64,000 nt of DNA from an uncultured Acidimicrobiia bacterium (GTDB lineage Bacteria > Actinomycetota > Acidimicrobiia > IMCC26256 > JAENVU01): NCBI GenBank assembly GCA_963848485.1, contig CAWKDX010000006.1, positions 41,612 through 105,611 of the forward strand. The letters run 5' to 3'. A program made the translations under genes and the position numbers. A model generated the notes under the pieces. It saw only the letters and a program-made list of their open reading frames with translations. It was not told the origin of the DNA and made no database searches. Numbering within the stretch: position 1 is the first letter of the stretch; the number at the start of each line of letters is the position of its first letter. Below, one piece after another: positions 49,340-59,775 of this stretch.

Positions 49340-50794
49340 ATGATGGACTACGACCGGCTCTACATCGACGGCGGCTGGGTCGTGCCGAGCGGCACCGACA
49401 CGATTGAGGTCGTCTCACCCTCGACTGAGGAGCGGGTGGGACGGGTCCCCGAAGGAAGGACGGCGGACGTCGACCGCGCGGTTGCCGCGGCCCGGCAGGC
49501 GTTCGACCTCGGTCCATGGCCGAAGATGACCCCCGCCGAGCGGGCCGAGATCATGGCCCGGCTCTCCGCGCTCATCCAGGAACGCCACGAGACCTTCGCC
49601 CGCACGATCACCGAGGAGATGGGCACGCCGATCTCGTGGTCGACGATGGGCCAGGTCTTCTCGTCCACGATGATCCTCGATTACTACACCGGCCTCGCGC
49701 GCGACTTCGTCGCCGAGGAGTACCGCCAGGGGCTCATGGGCCCGGCGCTCGTGCGCCGGGAGCCGATCGGCGTCGTGGGCGCGATCGTGCCGTGGAACGT
49801 TCCGCTGTTCGTGACGCTGATCAAGCTCGGCCCTGCATTCGCGGCGGGCTGCACCGTGGTGCTGAAGCCCGCGCCCGAGACGCCGCTGGACGCGATGCTC
49901 CTCGCCGACGCCGCGCACGAAGCGGGTGTGCCGGCGGGCGTGCTCAACATCGTGCCCGCGGGCCGGGAAGTCGGCGAGCACCTCGTCACGCACGCCGGCG
50001 TCGACAAGATCGCGTTCACCGGGAGCAGCGTTGCGGGGAAGCGCATCGCGGCGCTTTGTGGTGAGCAGCTGAAGCGCGTCACTCTGGAGCTCGGCGGGAA
50101 GTCGGCCGCGATCATCTGCGAGGACGCGGACCTGGACGAGACGATCCCGGGTCTCATCATGGCGTCGATGCTGAACAACGGTCAGGCGTGTGTTGCGCAG
50201 ACGCGAATCCTCGCGCCGCGCGGCCGTCAGGACGAGGTGACCGACCGTCTGGTTGCCGCGGTTGAGGCGTTGAAGGTCGGCGACCCGTTGGACCCCGCGA
50301 CCGAGATCGGGCCACTCGTCGCGCAGCGCCAGCGCGACCGGGTCGAGGGCTACCTGAAGCTCGGTCAGGAAGAGGGCGCGAAGATCGCGACCGGCGGCGG
50401 ACGGCCCGGCTTCGATCGGGGCTGGTTCGTGCAGCCGACCGTCTTCGTCGGCGTCGACAACAGCATGCGGATCATGCAGGAGGAGATCTTCGGGCCGGTG
50501 ATCGGTGTGCTTCCGTACGAGGACGAGGCCGACGCGCTGCGGATTGCGAACGACTCGCACTACGGCCTCTCCGGCACGGTCTGGACCGCCGATGTGGACC
50601 ACGGCATCGACATCGCGCGGGAGGTGCGCACCGGCACGTACACCGTCAACGGGTTCATGATCGAGTTCGGCTGCCCGTTCGGCGGCTACAAGGAGTCCGG
50701 TCTCGGCCGGGAGCTCGGCCCCGAAGGGCTCGACGCGTACCTCCAGAGCAAGTCGATCAGCCTGCCCGCCACGTACCAGGTACCGACCGCGTAG
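49340..50794 (+). CDS. Aldehyde dehydrogenase
   Basis: PWN, FTGS, LELGGKS, NNGQAC, EEIFGP, PFGGYKESG. Confidence 0.96.
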   Translation: MMDYDRLYIDGGWVVPSGTDTIEVVSPSTEERVGRVPEGRTADVDRAVAAARQAFDLGPWPKMTPAERAEIMARLSALIQERHETFARTITEEMGTPISWSTMGQVFSSTMILDYYTGLARDFVAEEYRQGLMGPALVRREPIGVVGAIVPWNVPLFVTLIKLGPAFAAGCTVVLKPAPETPLDAMLLADAAHEAGVPAGVLNIVPAGREVGEHLVTHAGVDKIAFTGSSVAGKRIAALCGEQLKRVTLELGGKSAAIICEDADLDETIPGLIMASMLNNGQACVAQTRILAPRGRQDEVTDRLVAAVEALKVGDPLDPATEIGPLVAQRQRDRVEGYLKLGQEEGAKIATGGGRPGFDRGWFVQPTVFVGVDNSMRIMQEEIFGPVIGVLPYEDEADALRIANDSHYGLSGTVWTADVDHGIDIAREVRTGTYTVNGFMIEFGCPFGGYKESGLGRELGPEGLDAYLQSKSISLPATYQVPTA

Positions 50795-50843
50795 TAGGCC
50801 TGGTCGGTCGGCAGATGGCGATCGGCGAACCGGGAGGCTTCCG

Positions 50844-51191
50844 ATGGACGAGTCCGCAGCCCGTGCCCTGCTCGAGGCATTCGGGCAGGCTTGGAACGAT
50901 CACGACCTCGAACGTGCGATGGGGATGACGACGCCGGACTGCGTGTTCGAGAGCACCGGACCGGCCCCCGACGGTCGGCGTTCGGCCGGGCAGGAGGCGG
51001 TGCGCGCCGCCTGGGCGCCGATCTTCGAGGATGCGGCTGCGCACTTCGAGGTCGAAGAGCTGGTCGTCCAGGGTGATCGGGCGTCCCAACGCTGGACGTA
51101 CCGCTGGGCCGACGGCCACGTCCGCGGGATCGATCTCTTCGCGATCCGTGACGGCCTGGTCGCCGAGAAGCTCTCCTACGTCAAGGGTTGA
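50844..51191 (+). CDS. SnoaL/NTF2-like protein
   Basis: AWNDHD, GQEAVR, HVRGIDLF, EKLSYVKG. Confidence 0.88.
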   Translation: MDESAARALLEAFGQAWNDHDLERAMGMTTPDCVFESTGPAPDGRRSAGQEAVRAAWAPIFEDAAAHFEVEELVVQGDRASQRWTYRWADGHVRGIDLFAIRDGLVAEKLSYVKG

Positions 51192-51206
51192 GCCGAGCCC
51201 GAAGCA

Positions 51207-51608
51207 TCACGAAGGGAGCGTGAACGCGGCGGCGGGATCGACGTAGGTCTTCAGCTCGATCACGTTGCCGCTCGGGTCGACGATCTTGGCCTTCGTCTGC
51301 TCCTGGGCCGTCCCGGGGTCGTCCGTGTGGACGCGGCTCAGCCACTCGACGTCGCGCGCCTCGAGTCGGGCGAGCAGCACGGTCAGCTCGTCGCCGTCGA
51401 GCGTGACGCCGAAGTGCCGCACGCCCTGCAGCTCGGGGGTCAACACCTGGTCGGGATGCTCGTGCAGCGTGAGCTGCAGCCCGTAGAACCAGACGTCGAT
51501 GAACCGCTCGCGTTCCCGCGCGAGCGGGCAGCCCAACGTGTCGACGTAGAACGCCCGGCTGGAATCGAGGTCCGTGACCGGCAACGAGAGGTGCAAGATC
51601 GGTTGCAT
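51207..51608 (-). CDS. VOC/glyoxalase family protein
   Basis: HLSLPV.DL, FYVDTLGC, HFG, DPSGNVIELK. Confidence 0.9.
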   Translation of the reverse strand: MQPILHLSLPVTDLDSSRAFYVDTLGCPLARERERFIDVWFYGLQLTLHEHPDQVLTPELQGVRHFGVTLDGDELTVLLARLEARDVEWLSRVHTDDPGTAQEQTKAKIVDPSGNVIELKTYVDPAAAFTLPS

Positions 51609-51691
51609 CGCTCCATCTCACCCGAAGCGGGCTCTCCCCGACGTGGGTTTTCCGGCGTGACCGCGGTGGCCGAGCACCAGGAGTCCACCCG

Positions 51692-52912
51692 TCAGCGATG
51701 CGAGCGCCGCTCGCGCAGGAACGCCGCGATGCCGTCACACACGTACGCGACGTCGTCGTCCGACAATCCGTGGCCCATCGGCACCAACATGCCCCGCTCC
51801 ATGACCGCGTCCGCGTTGGGCAGGCCCGCGTCCGGCTGGCGGCTCGGCACGCCGCGCATCATCGGTTGCCGGGTCGCGTTGCCGGTCCACACCGTGCGCG
51901 TGTCGATGCCGCGCGGCTCGAGGAACTGCTGGAGGTCGCTTCGGGCAAATCCTGCGTCCGGCTGGATCAGGAAGACGTAGGACAGCCACGCCGTGTCGAG
52001 GCCCGGCGAGCTGGCGCGGCGCGAGGAACGCGTCGCGATGTGCGCGAGGAAATCGTTGTAGAGCATGAAGTTCCGCTGTCGGCGGGCGTAGTTGGTCGGA
52101 AGCTTGTCGAGCTGTCGGAGCCCGAATGCGGCGCCGATCTCGGACGGCTCGAAGTTCCACGCGACGTCGTCGAAGATGAAGAGGCTGTCGTAGCGGAGAC
52201 CGTCGAGGTCTTCCCAGAAGTTGCGCTCACCGCGGCGCGAGCCGAAGAGCTGCGGCTCGGAACGGCGACCCCAGCGCCGCAGCGAAAGGCAACGATCGCG
52301 CTGAGCCTCGTCGTCGAGCAGCACCATGCCGCCGTTGCCGGCGCACGTGATGATGTGCGAGAGGGCGAAGCTGGTCACCGAGATGTCGGAGCGGGCGCCC
52401 GTCGGTGTGCCTCGGAGCCGCGCGCCGAGCGCGTCGCACGAGTCCTCGATCACGGCCAGCCCATGCCGGTCCGCTATCGCGCGGATGCCATCCCAGTCCG
52501 GCGTGTTCCCGGCCAGGTTGGGCATCAGGATCGCCTTCGTCTCCGGCCCGATCATCGCCTCGATCGCGTCGACGTCGACGTTGAAGGTGTCCGGCTCGAC
52601 GTCGACGAACACCGGGACGAGCCCGGCGCGGATCAGCGGCGCGAGATCGGTGGAGAACGTCAGCGGCGAGGTGATGACCTCGGAGCCCGCCGGAAGGTCC
52701 AGGAGCTCGACCGCGAGGTACAGGGCGGATGACCCGGAATTGCACATCACGCCCCAGGCCTTGCCGAACAGCCCGGCGACCCGCCGCTCCATCTCGGCCA
52801 CGTTCCGGCCGATGCGGAGCGTGCCCGCCCCGTCGTTCAGGACGCCGAGGACGGCCTCGATCTCCTCGTGGTCGTACACCGCGGTGGCGTACAGCACCCG
52901 TCGATCCGTCAT
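51692..52912 (-). CDS. DegT/DnrJ-fold PLP enzyme with His in place of the catalytic Lys (RfbH/ColD-like)
   Basis: NSGSSA, PVFVD, IEDSCDALG, SFALSHIITCAGNGGM. Confidence 0.88.
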   Translation of the reverse strand: MTDRRVLYATAVYDHEEIEAVLGVLNDGAGTLRIGRNVAEMERRVAGLFGKAWGVMCNSGSSALYLAVELLDLPAGSEVITSPLTFSTDLAPLIRAGLVPVFVDVEPDTFNVDVDAIEAMIGPETKAILMPNLAGNTPDWDGIRAIADRHGLAVIEDSCDALGARLRGTPTGARSDISVTSFALSHIITCAGNGGMVLLDDEAQRDRCLSLRRWGRRSEPQLFGSRRGERNFWEDLDGLRYDSLFIFDDVAWNFEPSEIGAAFGLRQLDKLPTNYARRQRNFMLYNDFLAHIATRSSRRASSPGLDTAWLSYVFLIQPDAGFARSDLQQFLEPRGIDTRTVWTGNATRQPMMRGVPSRQPDAGLPNADAVMERGMLVPMGHGLSDDDVAYVCDGIAAFLRERRSHR

Positions 52913-52987
52913 CCGACCTCCGATCTCAGGAACTTCTTGCGCGAGATGGCCGTTCGACTGAGCGTATCCGCGCTTGACTGGATGGCC

Positions 52988-54060
52988 ATGCCCGAGACCC
53001 TCCCACAGCTTCCCCGCGCCGCCGCGCCTCGCCGGCGCCCGCGCATCCGGCGCGCCTGGCGACCGCTCGCCGCGCTGAGCGTGCTCGCCATCGTGCTCGC
53101 CGCCTGCGGCTCGGACTCTCCGGCTGCGGTCACGGTGGGGTCCAACCGTCGTCAGCGAGTCGACGGTGAAAGCGCAGCTCGCGGCGATCGCGAAGAACAA
53201 GGTCATCAAGGCCCAGGCGGTCAAGAACGGCAAGCTCGACCCGTCCGTCACCGCGTCGTGGCTCACGGCGCTCGTCGAGACGGAGGTCGCGCAGCAGGCC
53301 GTGGAGAAGGCGGGCACGAAGATCACGAAGGCGGACAAGGCCGAGGCGAAGAACTGGGCGGACGGGGTTCTTCGGCACCGCTGATGCGTTCGCGGCGTTC
53401 CCGAAGTCGTTCCGGACGAGGCGCTCGCACCGCTACGCGAACGTCCCCGCGTACGTGCGCACGCACACGAAGCCGCCGACCGACGCCGACGGTGCGCACG
53501 GCTTACGACGAATCGCTCAGTCCGCAACTGCCCGTCGCGTCACTACGTCTCGCACATCCTCGTGACGAGCGAAGCCTCCGCGCAGGCTGCGGAAGCCGAG
53601 CTCGCCGCGCGGAACGGACTTCGGGCAGGTTGCGCGCCAAGGACTCCACCGACACGCAGTCCGCACAACGCGGCGGCGCGCTCGGATGCATCGACGGGCA
53701 GCAGATCGACGCGACGTTCGCGGCCGCGGCGGCGGCGACGCCCGTCGGTACGGTCTCCGCCCCGGTGCAGACGCAGTACGGATGGCACATCATCAAGGTC
53801 GCAGGACGTCGGCGAGGCGTTGCCGTTCGACTCGGTGAAGTCCGAGATTCGCACCGACCTCATCGAGCAGGGACCGGCGGGCCGCAAGGCGCTGGTCAAG
53901 CTGATGGCGGCGGCAAAGGTCACGGTGGCGCCGCCAGTTCGGACGATGGCAGGTCAAGGACGGTCAGGGGTCGGTTCAGCCGCCGACGACCACGACCACG
54001 ACGACCAAGCCGACGACGTCGACGACCCTGGCTCCGACAACCACGACGACGAAGCCCTAG
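52988..54060 (+). CDS. Second PrsA-like PPIase lipoprotein (frameshifted)
   Basis: Lipobox LAAC; SHILV, DSTD....GG.LG, PVQTQYGWHII; Thr-rich tail. Confidence 0.85.
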
Positions 54061-54080
54061 CTGCAACCGGTCGACCCGCG

Positions 54081-54868
54081 CTACCGCTCGTTCGGCGACA
54101 GTCGCGAGGTCGAGCCGATCGATCGCGTCCACCCACGCGGCGGTGAGGTCGCGTCGTCGCGCCTCGCTCGGGTTCGAGGTTGCGTCGCGGCTCCAACGTC
54201 CGAGCACCGCGGCCGCGCCACGGGAGCCGGAGAAGCGCAGGTCGGCGCGCGCGGCGCGGATCGATGTAGATCGCGATGGTCACGGCGCGCAGCCTCGACT
54301 TGTCGAGGCTGACGCGCTGGTCGCACGCCGCGCGACGCGAGGAACGACGCGAGCACCCGCAGGTCGTTGAGACCCCGGCGCACCGTCCGGGTCGTCCGGG
54401 TCGTCGCAGCGACGGCCGCGGCCGCGAGCGCGGCGGCGCCCATCGACGTCGCGGTGCTCATCGCCGCACCACCCGAGCTCGCGGCTGCGGCGGTGCCGGC
54501 GCCGGTCTCGGCCATCGCCGCCGGAAACGCCGCGATGCCGGCGGCGGCCCGCGCCGCCCGGGAACGGCTCGCCGACCTTCGCCACCTGCGCCGTGATGCG
54601 CACCAGGGCCTGGCCCTCGAGGTACCGCGCCAGGGCGCCGGTCGGCGGGCGCGCTCACCGGAGAGCAACCGGAGCGCGGTGTCGCGTCCGGGACATCGAA
54701 CGGCTCGTCGAAGATCCGGTCGAGGCTCCATTCGAGGCCGTCGACGCCCCGGCTGCGGGCGCCGTGCGCCCAGCTTGCGGGCCCGGGCCTGTCCGCCCCG
54801 GAGCGCCGCGGTCGGTCCGAACCGGCTCCAGGCGTCCCTCGCCTGACGGATCCTTCGCCATGCCCCAT
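54081..54868 (-). CDS. Hypothetical protein (frameshifted; ends approximate)
   Basis: Coding-like fragments LDRIFDEPFDV, Ala-rich middle, LRVLASFLASR, AIYIDP, WVDAIDRLDL. Confidence 0.5.
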
Positions 54869-55147
54869 CGTCGCACGCCGGCCCGAACGACCCGCGCCGC
54901 GCGGGCCCGGCCGGAGCCGCACCGGCGGATCGTGCGACCACGTTCGACAAGAAGCTGGCCACACCGGCATGGCGGTGAACGACGACGTGACGGTTCGCGA
55001 CAGTCACTGCTCAGTGCACGCACGACGACTCGGCGACGGACACGACGTCGACAACCAACCACGGCCGCGATACCACCGGCGACCGGGTTCGCCGCTACGG
55101 CCGGGCCGCGTGGCCTGACGCTTCACACCCGCTAACCTGCGCGGCTG

Positions 55148-55558
55148 ATGGACATCACGACTGCGATGCTCGCCGATTTCGCCCAGGTCCGCGAGGGCTT
55201 GCTCTTCGTCGCCTCGGGCGGGGTGACCCGCTGCTATCGGGATCAGCTCCCGGCGCCGCTCGGCGTGTACCTCGCGACGGTGCTCGAGCTCGATCGCCTC
55301 GAGGCCGAGCAGATCCACCAGCTCCAGGTCGTCGTCGTCGACGAGGACGGTCAGCAGCTCGCCGAGATCGCCGGTGAGATCCAGCTCGGCGCGACGCAGC
55401 TGATGATCAACGAGAACCTGAACGTCCCGATCACCTTCGACCTGCGCAACGTGCCGGTCGAGAAGTTCGGGTCGGTCGAGATCCGGCTGTACGTCGCGAA
55501 CGAGCACCGCCGCACCCTGCCGATCTGGGTGCTGCAGTCCATCCCGGCCGAGGGTTAG
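55148..55558 (+). CDS. DUF6941-like beta-sandwich protein
   Basis: MLADFAQVREGLLFVASGG, VDEDG; intact ORF with a TAACCT -10 box. Confidence 0.7.
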   Translation: MDITTAMLADFAQVREGLLFVASGGVTRCYRDQLPAPLGVYLATVLELDRLEAEQIHQLQVVVVDEDGQQLAEIAGEIQLGATQLMINENLNVPITFDLRNVPVEKFGSVEIRLYVANEHRRTLPIWVLQSIPAEG

Positions 55559-55585
55559 CCCCGTCCCGGCCGACTCCTCGTCGGA

Positions 55586-57136
55586 CTACTCGGCGTCGGG
55601 AACGGGCTGGGGCGGCGGGGGGCCGACGTAGCGAGCGCTCGGGCGGATCAGCCGGTTGTCGGCCGCTTGCTCGAGGATGTGGGCGCACCAACCGATCACC
55701 CGGCTCGACGCGAACGTCGGCGTGAACATCTCGCGGGGCAGCCCGGCTCGGTCCATCACGATGCCGGCGTAGAACTCGACGTTCGTGTAGAGCTTCCGGC
55801 CCGGCTTCAGCTCGGCGAGCACCTCGATCGCTTTGGCCTCGATCTGCTTGGCCAGCTCGATCTTGTCGCCTCCGAGCTGCTCGGCGACCCCCCGCAACAT
55901 GACCGAGCGCGGGTCGTCGGTCTTGTAGACCCGGTGGCCGAAGCCCATCAGCCGGTCACCCCGCTCGACTGCGTCGCGCAGCCACGGCTCCGCGTTGTCG
56001 ATCGTGCCGATCGCGTCGAGCATGTCGAGCGCGCGGCTCGGCGCGCCGCCGTGCAGCGGCCCGGACAGCGCGCCGATCGCGCCGGTCACCGCGGCCGCGA
56101 GGTCGGCACCCGTCGACGTGATCACGCGTGCGGTGAACGTCGATGCGTTGAAGCCGTGGTCGATCGTCGAGATCAGATATTGCTCGACGGCCCGTGCGTG
56201 CTCAGGCGGTGGCACGGTTCCACTGAGCATGTACAGGTAGTTGGCGGCGTACGCGAGCTCGGGGTCCGGGTCGATCGGCTCGAGGTCGTGTTGGAGCCGG
56301 TAGATCGAGGTGAGCAGGCTCGGGACGACCGCGCAGATTTGCAGCGCCTGGGTCCGCAGCTCCGCGCCGGCGATGTCGAGCGACGGCTTGAAGCCGAGGT
56401 TCGCGCCGAGCAGCGACACGGTGCTGCGGAGCATGTCGAGCGGCGGCGCGTCCCGCCCGAGCCGTGCCACCTCGGGAAGCGCGCGCTTGACCTCCGCGGG
56501 GACCTCCCGCAGCGGCGCGACGCGCAGCCGGAACGCCTCGGCCTGCGCCTTCGTGGGCAGCTCGCCCTCGAACATCAGGTGCCAGACATCCTCGAGCGAT
56601 CGCCGCTGCGCGAGGTCGACGGCGCTGTACTGGCGGTAGTGGTAGAAGCCCTCGAGGCCGCGGACGTCGCCGATCTCCGTGTCCGCGACGACGACGCCCT
56701 CGAGCCCGCGCGGGATCTCGTGCGCGAGGTTCTCGGCCGGCTGGATCTGCGCGATCTTCATGAGGTCACGCATGGACACGATGCCGACGACCTGGTCCCG
56801 GTCGACGACAGGGATGTGCCGGTAGCCGTGCTGGGAGAGGCTGGCGAACGCCTCCGTGGCGTCGAGCTCGGGGGCGACGGAGTCCGGGTTCCCGGTCATC
56901 CAGTCGCGCACGGTCACGGTGCCGGTGTCCGCCCCTGCCGCGGCGATCCGTACGAGGTCGCGCTCGGTCAGGATGCCGACCGGGCGGCCGTTGTCGACGA
57001 CGACAACGGAGCCGACGCGTTGCTCGCGCATCGTGGACGCGGCCTCTGCGACCTTGTCGTCGGGGCTCGCGACGATGACCGGGGTGCTCATGATGTCGCC
57101 GACGGTTCGGGACTTGCCGGTGTCAGCCGGGGGCAT
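55586..57136 (-). CDS. CBS-pair/citrate (methylcitrate) synthase fusion
   Basis: Two CBS repeats (VGDIMS...GILTERD, V.DWMT...RHIPVVD...GIVSMRDL), then PRGLEGVV, DHGFNAST, GPLHGGA, MGFGHRVYK..DPR, NVEFY. Confidence 0.93.
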   Translation of the reverse strand: MPPADTGKSRTVGDIMSTPVIVASPDDKVAEAASTMREQRVGSVVVVDNGRPVGILTERDLVRIAAAGADTGTVTVRDWMTGNPDSVAPELDATEAFASLSQHGYRHIPVVDRDQVVGIVSMRDLMKIAQIQPAENLAHEIPRGLEGVVVADTEIGDVRGLEGFYHYRQYSAVDLAQRRSLEDVWHLMFEGELPTKAQAEAFRLRVAPLREVPAEVKRALPEVARLGRDAPPLDMLRSTVSLLGANLGFKPSLDIAGAELRTQALQICAVVPSLLTSIYRLQHDLEPIDPDPELAYAANYLYMLSGTVPPPEHARAVEQYLISTIDHGFNASTFTARVITSTGADLAAAVTGAIGALSGPLHGGAPSRALDMLDAIGTIDNAEPWLRDAVERGDRLMGFGHRVYKTDDPRSVMLRGVAEQLGGDKIELAKQIEAKAIEVLAELKPGRKLYTNVEFYAGIVMDRAGLPREMFTPTFASSRVIGWCAHILEQAADNRLIRPSARYVGPPPPQPVPDAE

Positions 57137-57191
57137 GGACGTCTCCTCGCCGGGGGAAGCGCGATCTGTGGGGGGAAGTGCAGCCGCAAGT

Positions 57192-57954
57192 CTAGGAGCG
57201 ACCAGCGCCGTGGCGTCCCTCCCCGGCGACGAAGCGGCCGACCGCCTGGTCGGGGGCGCGCATCGAGATTCGGCCCCGGGCGAGCTCGTTGTCGATCGCG
57301 GCATCGAGCGGCAGATCCCACTGCTCGTACGAGGACCGGCGGTCCATGCGCATGCAGGTCTGCGGGAGCACGGCGAGCTCGTGGGCGAGGGCGACCGCCT
57401 CGGCCCAGCGCCTCGCCCGGCTCGGTAAGGCGGTTCGCCAGGCCCATGCGGAGCGCTTCCTCGCCCTCCACGCCCCGCCCCGTGAGGATGAGGTCCAGCG
57501 CGTGGGAGTGACCGATCAGCCGGGGCAGCCGGACCGTTCCACCGTCGATGAGCGGCACTCCCCAGCGCCGACAGAAGACACCGAACACTGCGTCGCGCGC
57601 CGCGATGCGCAGGTCGCACCAGATCGCGAGCTCCAGCCCGCCGGCGACCGCGAACCCCTCGACCGCGGCGAGCACCGGCTTCGAGAGCATCATCCGGCTC
57701 GGGCCCATGGGACCGTCGCCGTCGTCGTCGACCGAGTTGGCGCGCTCGGTGCCGAAGGACTTGAGGTCCGCGCCCGCGCAGAACGTCCCGCCCGCCCCGG
57801 TGAGCACCCCGACCGAGAGGCGGTCGTCGGCATCGAAGTCGCGGAAGGCGTTGGCCAGCGCGGCGGCCGTCGGTCCGTCGACCGCATTGCGGGCCTCTGG
57901 CCGGTTGATGGTGATGATCCGCACGGGCCCGTCGGAGCTGACGTCGACGTTCAT
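57192..57954 (-). CDS. Enoyl-CoA hydratase/crotonase
   Basis: INRPEARNA, FCAGADL, KPVLAAVEG.AVAGGLELA, WGVPLIDGG. Confidence 0.92.
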
Positions 57955-58568
57955 GCGATGGCCTCCCGGGTCGCGTACAAGTGCGCGGTCTCGTTCAGGG
58001 ACGCGAGCGATCGCTCGCCACTCCGTGCCGCGCGCACGCGGCTCACGGAGGTGTACCCGGGGTCGAACCAGAGATGTTGTGCGAGCCCGAGGAGCGCAGC
58101 GAGGTGGACATTGATCACTCCGCCGTGACACACCACCACGACGGTCTCGCCTGGATGAGCATCGATCACCGCGTCGAGCACGGGGATGATCCTCGAGCGG
58201 AACTGCTCGGGGCGCTCGCCGCCGTAGTCCTCCCACCGGCCCTCGACCATCGCCCGCCACTGGTCGTCCTTCGACTCGCGCAGCTCCTCCATCGGGATGT
58301 AGTGGTCCGCGTCCGCGTCCCATTCGACCAACCCGTCGATGATCTCGATGCCGAGCCCGACCGCGGTGGCGAGAGGCGTCGCGGTCTCCACCGCGCGGCG
58401 CTTCGGGCTGCTGACGATGTGGTGGACCGGCTCGATCGCCAGCCAGCGCGCGAGCCGCTCGGCCTGCGCACGGCCCTGGGCGGTCAGCTCCGGATCCGCA
58501 GGCGCACCGCCGGACTCGCCCGGCGCGATCCGCACCGGCTCCGCGTGGCGTACGAGCACGAGCTCCAT
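57951..58568 (-). CDS. Histidine phosphatase (phosphoglycerate mutase family)
   Basis: LVRHA, SSP.RRA.ET, VCHGGVI, LNETAH. Confidence 0.92.
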   Translation of the reverse strand: MELVLVRHAEPVRIAPGESGGAPADPELTAQGRAQAERLARWLAIEPVHHIVSSPKRRAVETATPLATAVGLGIEIIDGLVEWDADADHYIPMEELRESKDDQWRAMVEGRWEDYGGERPEQFRSRIIPVLDAVIDAHPGETVVVVCHGGVINVHLAALLGLAQHLWFDPGYTSVSRVRAARSGERSLASLNETAHLYATREAIA

Positions 58569-59212
58569 CAGGCGCCGTCGAGCGGGAAGCCGAGGACGGC
58601 GGTCAGCTCCGTGAGCGCGGTCGTCGGGTCGCTCACCTTGATCGTGGTCATCCCGAGGGCGCGGGCGGGCTTGAGGTTGACGCCGAGATCGTCGAGGAAC
58701 ACCGCTTCGTCCGGTGCGATCTCGAGCCGCGCGCACGCCAGCTCGTAGATGCGCGGATCGGGCTTTCGTAGCCCTTCCACCGCCGACTCGACCACGACGT
58801 CGAACTTGCCCATGTGACCGAGCGCGTTGGGTGTGGCACCCCGGTCTTCGCTGCTCGCGGCCCAGTTGTTCGTGAGCGCGCCAACCTTGAGACCGCGGTC
58901 CCGGATCGCGGTGATCGCCTGGACCATCGCGGGTCGCGGCTCGAAGCCCTGGCCGATCGCGCGCATGAGGTCCGCCGCGTCGACTGCGCCTCCCGCATGC
59001 GCGCACTCCTCGCTGAACTCGACCGCGAACTCGTCGAAGGTCAGCTCGCTGCGCTCGAGACGGGCCCACGCGCCGTGGTCGGCGCTCGCCGCGACGACGC
59101 CACGGATGAACCGGTCCGGGAGGTCGTGGTCGCGCTCGTAGGCCGCGAAGGCGTCGAACGGCGAGGGGAACACCACGCCCCCGAGGTCGAAGATCACCGC
59201 GCGCAAGGTCAT
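58568..59212 (-). CDS. HAD-superfamily phosphatase (epoxide-hydrolase-N-like)
   Basis: VIFDLGGV, LTNN, GLRKPDPRIY, FLDD. Confidence 0.92.
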   Translation of the reverse strand: MTLRAVIFDLGGVVFPSPFDAFAAYERDHDLPDRFIRGVVAASADHGAWARLERSELTFDEFAVEFSEECAHAGGAVDAADLMRAIGQGFEPRPAMVQAITAIRDRGLKVGALTNNWAASSEDRGATPNALGHMGKFDVVVESAVEGLRKPDPRIYELACARLEIAPDEAVFLDDLGVNLKPARALGMTTIKVSDPTTALTELTAVLGFPLDGA

Positions 59213-59285
59213 ACGGGCGGCGACGGTACCCCAGGGCACCCGGGCTGGATGCAGGGCGGCCTCGCGAAGGTCTACCTTGCCCGGC

Positions 59286-59718
59286 GTGGATGGCGCCGAA
59301 GAGATCCGGTCGCTCATCCACTCGTACGCGGAGCTTCTGGACGCCGGCGATCTCGACGGGGTCGCCGCATTGTTCGAACACGCCACGTGGCGAACCTCGG
59401 CTCGGGCCGAGGTGTTGCGCGGCTCGGAGCAGGTGCGCGAGGCCTACCGGGGGGTCATCCTCTACGACGGAGTGCCCCGGACGCGCCATGTCATCTCGAA
59501 CGTCACCGTGGTCTGTGCCGACGCGCCGGTCGCGACCGGCGCGCTGCTACTTCACCGTGCTGCAGGCGGTGCCCGGCCTCCCGCTGCAACCCATCCTCGC
59601 CGGCCAGTACCACGACGAGTTCGAACAGGTCGACGGTGACTGGCGGTTCACCGACCGCTTGATCCTGCCCGACCTGCTCGGCGACCTCAGCCGTCACATG
59701 CGCCGCCCGGATGACTGA
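59286..59718 (+). CDS. SnoaL-like protein (one frameshift)
   Basis: YAELLDAGD, YDGVPRTRHVISN, GQYHDEF, WRF. Confidence 0.82.
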
Positions 59719-59775
59719 TGATCCGCGAGGATGGACTGGTCGATCCGACGCGGTTGGTGAGAGAGGCGGTCCCCG

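Noticed and set aside
54870-55130. Possible structured RNA or leader peptide in a long spacer
   Set aside because: No convincing stem set or start signal found by eye.
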